Part shown: positions 56,441 through 64,000 of the stretch, in pieces
Position numbering within the stretch: position 1 is the first letter of the stretch
How the letters are laid out: each line of letters begins with the position of its first letter
Assembly (NCBI GenBank): GCA_963845755.1
Contig: CAWJTV010000040.1
Span: 74,875-138,874 of the forward strand
Direction of reading: 5' to 3'
Length of the DNA: 64,000 bases
Origin: an uncultured Planctomycetota bacterium
GTDB taxonomy: Bacteria; Planctomycetota; Planctomycetia; Isosphaerales; Isosphaeraceae
Position numbers and translations under genes: made by a program
Notes under the pieces: generated by a model
What the model saw: only the letters and a program-made list of their open reading frames with translations
The model's database searches: none
Told to the model about the DNA's origin: nothing

Positions 56441-56626
56441 TCAGACGATCGGTTTCGCCAGGGTGAGGGGGTGGAGGCGAGGAGTGCTCTCCTCGCGGAA
56501 GACCGCAATCTCCCGAGGGGCTTCGATGCCCAGGCGCACTTGACCGTGATCCAGCTTCACCACCGTCACGACGATCCGATCGCCGATCACAATCCTCTCA
56601 CCGAGTTTGCGAGATAAGACTAGCAT
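56441..56626 (-). CDS. csrA: carbon storage regulator CsrA/RsmA homologue
   Basis: MLVLSRKLGERIVIGDRIVVTVV...VRLGIEAPREIAVFREE. Confidence 0.92.
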   Translation of the reverse strand: MLVLSRKLGERIVIGDRIVVTVVKLDHGQVRLGIEAPREIAVFREESTPRLHPLTLAKPIV

Positions 56627-56661
56627 GGAGGACTCCTTCCCTCATGGAGGACTCCTTCCCT
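56624..56661 (-). repeat. perfect 19-bp tandem duplication of the csrA RBS + ATG
   Basis: AGGGAAGGAGTCCTCCATG occurs twice. Confidence 0.9.
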
Positions 56662-56918
56662 GTTGGCTTCGCCCTGAGCGGATACGGCAGCCCGTCCCGA
56701 GGGTTCAGGACGATCTTAACCAGTGGATGCGCAAAATGCAAATACCTGGATTTCCTAATGGATAAGGTAACATCTCTGCGAACATACCCCTGGTGCATGC
56801 CGTGGATGGCACCTACCGCCTGGTCGATCGGCGATCGGGCGGCCCATCGCCGTCCGCCTCCCGAGGCGATCGCCGCCGCCCGGGGCGTCCGGTCGTGACG
56901 ATTTTAATGAACAATTGA

Positions 56919-56946
56919 ACGTCTTATAATTGGCTTTATGTTCGGT
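56919..56946 (+). other. dif-like site E: ACGTCTTATAA-TTGGCT-TTATGTTCGGT
   Basis: 11-6-11; arms are 9/11 and 10/11 matches to A and C. Confidence 0.6.
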
Positions 56947-57185
56947 TGCGCTCAGTTCTAGCAGGTATACCGCCTGTGCGGGCACCCGTCTGAGTCCCGC
57001 TGACCAGCGCCCTGGCCAGGGGCTCATGTCCGAGCATCAGCGACATACCAAAGACACGAGCGGCGACACAGGCCGCCAGACTCCGGCTGACCTGTGCGCC
57101 GGGGCCTCCCGGATCCGAGGCCGGGGCTTGAGGCACTTGAGGCGCGCGATCTCATCCTCGAGTTGGTGGACGCGCTCCTCGAGTT

Positions 57186-57454
57186 GGCCCGTGAGTAGCA
57201 TCCGAACAGAAAACCGGCGTAAGCCCTCCGGAGACCAGGTGTCAGATAGGGTAAGGTCTAACTGGCACCGACCTTTGGCCTGGAAATCCGCGGGTTTTGC
57301 CGCGTCTGAGTGTGCCGCCTGGACCGGGACCCTATTTGGCACCGGTTCCGTAATGGCGAAGTCGTTTGGACAGGCCGTCGGCCTCAAAAACCCGGCGAAT
57401 CTGCTGGTTCAGACTCCTTGCGCCGGTTTTCTGTTCGGATGCTACTCACACCCC
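57186..57454. mobile_element. 269-bp Tn3-derived miniature inverted-repeat element
   Basis: 38-bp IRs GG(CCC/GGT)GTGAGTAGCATCCGAACAGAAAACCGGCG(T/C)AAG; 5-bp target duplication GAGTT; removal restores the coiled coil QERIEQLEERVHQLEDEIARLK. Confidence 0.9.
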
Positions 57455-58577
57455 GAGTTGCTCGATCCGCTCCTGCTGGAGGAAAATGATGTCGAGCAAC
57501 TGGCGCACCGGCGGCGTGTGTTCGGCCTCAGGGATGTCGGGCAGCGAGATCGAGATGGCCCGACTCTACCAATAATTCGACCCAGCCACCCGGGTGCAGT
57601 CGCGTTTCTGCGGTCGGGCCACCAGGCTGTGTGGGGTCGGTGACCGAGTGCCATGGCCCCGACGACCGGGAAGTACCGCCCCGACCAACTCGCGACCTCA
57701 ACCCGACCACCTACCAGATCCTTCGCCGGCCTTGACTCGTCCGGCCCGCAGCAGCCCTCGACTTGATGCGCCATCCGCAGGATCAGGAACCGCTCATGCC
57801 CTTCGACCGTCGGGAACCGCGGGCCGTCGGGCTCATCGCTGACCTCACGGTCTGGCTCCTCCCCGAGCGGTTTCCTACCGATTCCGACGCCCGGCCGGAC
57901 GAGTCCCGGCGCATTGTCTGAAGAAATGGCTGCCGGTCTCGATTGGCCCCGGTCACCTCATCGGGCTCGCCGAGCGGACCGGCCGCGAGTGTGCGACCGC
58001 CGGCGACGCGGACATCCGGGCGTCTCGGAAGGGCTGATCGGCTTGCGGACTCAGCCCAATGACCCAGCTCGTGGCGGTGATGGTCAACGGCGGTCGAGTC
58101 CCAACCCGCGTTGGGGAGAGCGGCCCGCGGTTGTGGAACCGTCAGAGCGGGAGACCGAAGTGGCCTCGTGACAAACGCGGTGGTCTCGGGACTATCCGGG
58201 TCGATCAGATGTGCCGATCTTCCAGGTCAGGTGACCCGATCTGCCCTCTCCTCTTTGCCCTCGCACCCAATCTCCGCAGCCACGAGGACGGCCAGGGTCG
58301 GGGACTGACTGGGCGAGAGCCGCGTGGTGGCGGTGAGGACCCATCCGAGGAGAAACTGGGCGGACACACAGGCTCCCTCCTCGAGCATGAATGACCCGGT
58401 GCCTAGCCGCACCGATTGTCTCATTCGTAATGGCGGAGCGCCCCTGCGTCTTACGAACAAGGACCTCGGTGAGGATGACTCAGCCCCTCAAACCGTTGGA
58501 CGGTCCCGGGGCGCGTCCGCTAAGCTGATCCTCGGGAAATCGATCGGTCAGGCCGGCCGTTTCGATGGATCTCGGGA

Positions 58578-60618
<2,041 letters not shown>

Positions 60619-60747
60619 CGACCCACCACGTTTCGTGGCGCCGCGCCGTGGGGCCGGGCACGAGAAGTCCGCCGCCCGCCAGGGCCCATCTCCGCAACTC
60701 GCTCATCGGCCGAGTGTTACGACCTATCTTTTCGCGGATCACCTTTA

Positions 60748-60763
60748 CGGCACCGGCCGTGCA
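60748..60763 (+). promoter_or_regulatory. sigma54 -24/-12 promoter
   Basis: cGGCAC-CGGCC-GTGCA (GG-N10-GC) upstream of the STAS gene; CCACG-TTT-CGTGG palindrome about 115 nt upstream is a candidate activator site. Confidence 0.6.
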
Positions 60764-60816
60764 ATATCCCGTTGATGACGTCGATATCGAGCGGATCTTT
60801 CGCCGGGGAATCGGTC

Positions 60817-61128
60817 ATGTTGAAGATCGCACGAGTCGATGGCGGCCAGGGTCAAACGATCCCCGCTCTCAAGCTCGAAGGCAAGATCCTCGGCCCCTGG
60901 GTGATCGAATTGAAACGCGCCTGCGAGGAGCTACGCGTCTCGGCCAGCGCCTTCTGCCTGGATCTTACCGACGTGACCTTCATCGACTCGGCCGGGCTCG
61001 GACTCATCCAGGATCTCGTCCGGCAGGGCGCGACACTCTCCGGATGCTCGGGCTTCATCGAGGAGTTATTGAGCCAATACCAAGCTTGCTGTGGAACCGC
61101 CGGGCAAGAATCGGACATTCGGCCGTGA
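60817..61128 (+). CDS. STAS-domain protein
   Basis: LKLEGKILGPWVIEL...LDLTDVTFIDSAGLGLI. Confidence 0.85.
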   Translation: MLKIARVDGGQGQTIPALKLEGKILGPWVIELKRACEELRVSASAFCLDLTDVTFIDSAGLGLIQDLVRQGATLSGCSGFIEELLSQYQACCGTAGQESDIRP

Positions 61129-61250
61129 TTCGTCGTCCCCCGGCCCGGGAGGGCCGGCCCAGGAGAGTGCAGCCATCGAGCAGGCAACTTGGCGCGGACG
61201 TCCCGCACCATCGGTTCGGCAGGTTTCCGGAGTAGGAAGGAGGTGCACCC

Positions 61251-62660
61251 ATGTTCTATCGTCATCCGAAGAAGCGTGCGGCGGTGTTCTGCGGCCTCGA
61301 GACCCTGGAGTCTCGTCAACTCATGTCCGCGTCACCGCCGTCTCGGGCCACGAGTTTCCTCGATTCGGACGTCACGCGCCCACGCCACCATCGCGAGCAC
61401 GCCTCACAGCCGTCTCAGGCCACGAGTTTCATCTACACCGAGACCGAGAATTCCAATCCCGGCCAGAACGCCGTGATCGCCTTCCGGCGGAACGCCGACG
61501 GTCAGGTGACGGAGATCGGTTCGTTCAAGACCGGCGGTACGGGCTTTGCCACTCCAGCGGGGGCGCTCGGACCCCTGCTGGGACCCGACGCTTCTGACCG
61601 AGAGGTCATCGCCAGCCCTGACGGACGTCTCCTCTTTGCCGTCAACCAAGGCAGCAACTCCATCGCCGTGTTCCGCGTACGGCGCAATGGCTCGCTCGAT
61701 CTGGTCCGTGATCGGGCCGTCGGCTCCGGGGGCACGGAGCCGGTCAGTCTCTCGATCGCTCGCGGCCGGCTTTACGTCCTCAATCGCGGGGACGAAGTCC
61801 AGAGCCAAACCGGCACCATCGCTCCCACCATCACGACCTTCAACATTGAACGAGATGGTGTTCTCAGACGAGACCGCGCCGCCACGACGACGCTGCCCCT
61901 CGGCCTTTCGCCGTCCCAGGTGCTGAGCTCGCCCAGGGGGAATCTGGCCTTCGTGGACACCTTCACTCCGCCCCCGCTGCTCAACGTGCCGGGGGCGAAT
62001 GAGGTGTTGCCATTCCAGATCGCCGCGGATGGGAAGCTTGTCCCGGTCCCCAGCGGGGGCGTCGGGGCGCCGGTGAACCCGCCGCTGCTGCTGGGCCTCG
62101 CCGAGCACCCGACCCAGAACATCGTCTACGCCGGACTGCCCGGGGCCAATCAGGTCGGCGTGTTCACGGTCGATGGCGCCGGCAATCTGAAGTTCGTCGA
62201 TTCGGTTCCTAACGCGGGCGCGGCGGCCTGCTGGACGCTCGTCAGCCCGGACGGGAGATTCCTGTACACGGTCAACACCGGCACGAACAGCGTCGGTGTC
62301 TACTCACTGGCCGATCCCCTGCACCCCGCGCAGATCCAGGAGTTCGTGCTGGGCGGGCCACAGAACCCCACGGGCAATCCCGGCACCCCAGGCGAGACCA
62401 CGGATTTCGAATTAGCCCTCGATCCCAGCGGCCAGGCGCTCTATGTCATCGATCATCAGACCGATGTGGCCGGCAACTTCCCGCAGGGCAACGCCCTGCA
62501 CGTCCTCACGGTCGCGGCCAATGGCACCCTCTCCGAGGGCACTGGCTCGCCGCTGTTCCTCCCGCCCGACATCCCGGCGGGGGACTATCCGCAGGGCGTC
62601 GCCGTGATCGCGGCGGCGCATGGGGGTCCGGATGCTCGGGCTTCATCGAGGAGCTTCTGA
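61251..62660 (+). CDS. secreted lactonase-family beta-propeller protein
   Basis: Leader GLETLESRQLMS; SPDGRLLFAVNQGSNSIAVF, SGGTEPVSL, AACWTLVSPDGRFLYTVN. Confidence 0.85.
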   Translation: MFYRHPKKRAAVFCGLETLESRQLMSASPPSRATSFLDSDVTRPRHHREHASQPSQATSFIYTETENSNPGQNAVIAFRRNADGQVTEIGSFKTGGTGFATPAGALGPLLGPDASDREVIASPDGRLLFAVNQGSNSIAVFRVRRNGSLDLVRDRAVGSGGTEPVSLSIARGRLYVLNRGDEVQSQTGTIAPTITTFNIERDGVLRRDRAATTTLPLGLSPSQVLSSPRGNLAFVDTFTPPPLLNVPGANEVLPFQIAADGKLVPVPSGGVGAPVNPPLLLGLAEHPTQNIVYAGLPGANQVGVFTVDGAGNLKFVDSVPNAGAAACWTLVSPDGRFLYTVNTGTNSVGVYSLADPLHPAQIQEFVLGGPQNPTGNPGTPGETTDFELALDPSGQALYVIDHQTDVAGNFPQGNALHVLTVAANGTLSEGTGSPLFLPPDIPAGDYPQGVAVIAAAHGGPDARASSRSF

Positions 62661-62838
62661 GCCGCCGTCCGTTGTAAGGGGGCTCGGCGGCGGATCGAGC
62701 GAGCTCCCGCGTCTTCGCCTACTGCCCTCCCTGGCCCTGACGGTCCCGGCCAGGAACGTGGGGCCACCGAACTGGGGCCGATTGGTCGCGGGCGTCCCGC
62801 GCCCGCGGTTCGACAGGATCTTCATCAGGAGTTGATCG

Positions 62839-63084
62839 ATGCATACCTTTCTTCGCTCCACCGTCCTGGCCGCCTCGGCACTCGTCGCGTGCTGGGGGAT
62901 TTCGGGCTGCTCGACCGAGATGGACAGCGAAACCGGAAAGATGGCCAAGCCCATGGACAAGATGGACACCGGCAAGATGGACACCGGCAAGATGGGCGGC
63001 GCCATGGACAAGATGGACACCGGTAAGATGGGCGGCGCCATGGACAAGATGGACACCGGCAAGATGGAGACGAAAAAACCGTAA
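62839..63084 (+). CDS. Met/Lys/Asp-rich repeat lipoprotein (MXKDX-like)
   Basis: Lipobox ISGC; tandem (KMDTG)n and GGAMD repeats. Confidence 0.8.
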   Translation: MHTFLRSTVLAASALVACWGISGCSTEMDSETGKMAKPMDKMDTGKMDTGKMGGAMDKMDTGKMGGAMDKMDTGKMETKKP

Positions 63085-63169
63085 CTCCCTGGGGGTTCTC
63101 CCCGACTAATCCGGCGGTGGGCGGCCCCTGTGCGGCCTGCCCTCGTCAATCAGGTCAGGAAATGGTGTC

Positions 63170-64000
63170 ATGATGCCGCGTCTGGAGCGAAAACACGCGC
63201 TGGCGACCCGGATCTTCCACTGGGCGAACGTACCGATCCTGGCGGTCATGATCTACAGCGGCCTGTTGATCTATTGGGCCAACGATGTCTACGCGATCCG
63301 GCTGGGGAGAATCACGCTCGTCAAGTTCTTCCCCGATTGGTTCTACGAGGCGATGCACCTCGACCATCGCCTAGCCGAAGGGATGGCCTGGCACTTCACG
63401 TTCATGTGGCTCTTCGCCCTCAACGGCCTGCTCTATGTCGGTTACACGTTCTGGAGCGGGGAGTGGCGCGAGCTGGTGCCGAACCGTCACACATTCGCGG
63501 AGGCCTGGCAGGTCGTGCTCCACGACCTGGGCATCCGCAAGCAGCCGCTGCCGCGGCGGAAGTTCAACGGGGCGCAGCGGCTGGCCTACACGGGAGTCAT
63601 CGCGATGGGGGCCGGGTCGCTCTTGACCGGCCTGGCCATCTACAAGCCGGTCCAGGCGGCCTGGCTGACCACGCTGCTGGGCGGCTACCCGATGGCGAGG
63701 CTCGAGCATTTCGTGCTGACTATCGGCTATGTGCTGTTCTTCGTGATCCACATCACCCAGGTCATCCGGGCCGGGTGGAACGACTTCCGCGCGATGGTCA
63801 TCGGTGTCGAGGTCGTGGCCAACCAGGAGGTCGATCATGAAACCGCCGCTGAACGGGAAGCCGTGGCGCAAGAGCTTGAGAGTCCGGACGTCGAGCTGTG
63901 GCGTGGACTCCACCGGCTATCGCGCCGGGGGTTTGCCTGGGGGGGCACGGCGATCCTGGCCGGCTTCGCGGGTTGGCGCTGGTTCGCGACGCGGAGCGAG
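63170..64000 (+). CDS. cytochrome b/b6-domain protein reading into an SRRGF Tat-like segment (runs off the window; absent from the ORF track)
   Basis: HALATRIFHWAN...SGLLIY; AWHFTFMWLF; KFNGAQRLAY; RLEHF...VIHI; no stop before the window end. Confidence 0.85.
   Translation, partial: MMPRLERKHALATRIFHWANVPILAVMIYSGLLIYWANDVYAIRLGRITLVKFFPDWFYEAMHLDHRLAEGMAWHFTFMWLFALNGLLYVGYTFWSGEWRELVPNRHTFAEAWQVVLHDLGIRKQPLPRRKFNGAQRLAYTGVIAMGAGSLLTGLAIYKPVQAAWLTTLLGGYPMARLEHFVLTIGYVLFFVIHITQVIRAGWNDFRAMVIGVEVVANQEVDHETAAEREAVAQELESPDVELWRGLHRLSRRGFAWGGTAILAGFAGWRWFATRSE

Noticed and set aside
62950..63070. Tandem DNA repeats as a possible CRISPR or VNTR array
   Set aside because: They are in-frame coding repeats (KMDTG/GGAMD) without unique spacers.

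Overview
GC-rich, heavily mosaic accessory region. It is most likely from a planctomycete (Isosphaeraceae-like), judging from the giant ECF sigma factor, a DUF1501 fragment, 'LE.R.L' extracellular leaders and a 'YPWLSAEPDPPEPE' tail. Many genes, including ordinary metabolic ones, carry single-base frameshifts, so many are probably long-read assembly indels rather than true pseudogenes. I could delimit ten insertions by terminal repeats plus target duplications or a shared core: IS3, a single-ORF IS66, IS5, a triple nest IS701>ISNCY-like>IS4, ISAzo13, two MITEs and a serine-recombinase element inside IS66 tnpB. There is also a three-ORF IS66 without a target duplication and several Tn3 relics. 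Cargo includes a nuclease/defence-like set (Mrr, Zn-finger HEPN-like protein, Cas4-like fragment, PIN toxin-antitoxin pair, DUF1016), a pilin-like FG-GAP adhesin, a catabolic operon and a sigma54-linked Met-rich-peptide/cytochrome b module. The most interesting signals are: (1) a BlaI/MecI-type repressor coupled to a TPR-CHAT (caspase-like) protease instead of BlaR1, divergent from a secreted subtilase-LTD gene; (2) five dispersed XerC/D dif-like sites at module boundaries; (3) a tyrosine recombinase flanked by two inverted recombination-type sites; (4) an initiator-like tRNA body with an AGA anticodon and a short variable loop, behind a 35-aa Lys-rich ORF; (5) ISNCY-type elements that twice hit the slippery A-runs of other transposases.
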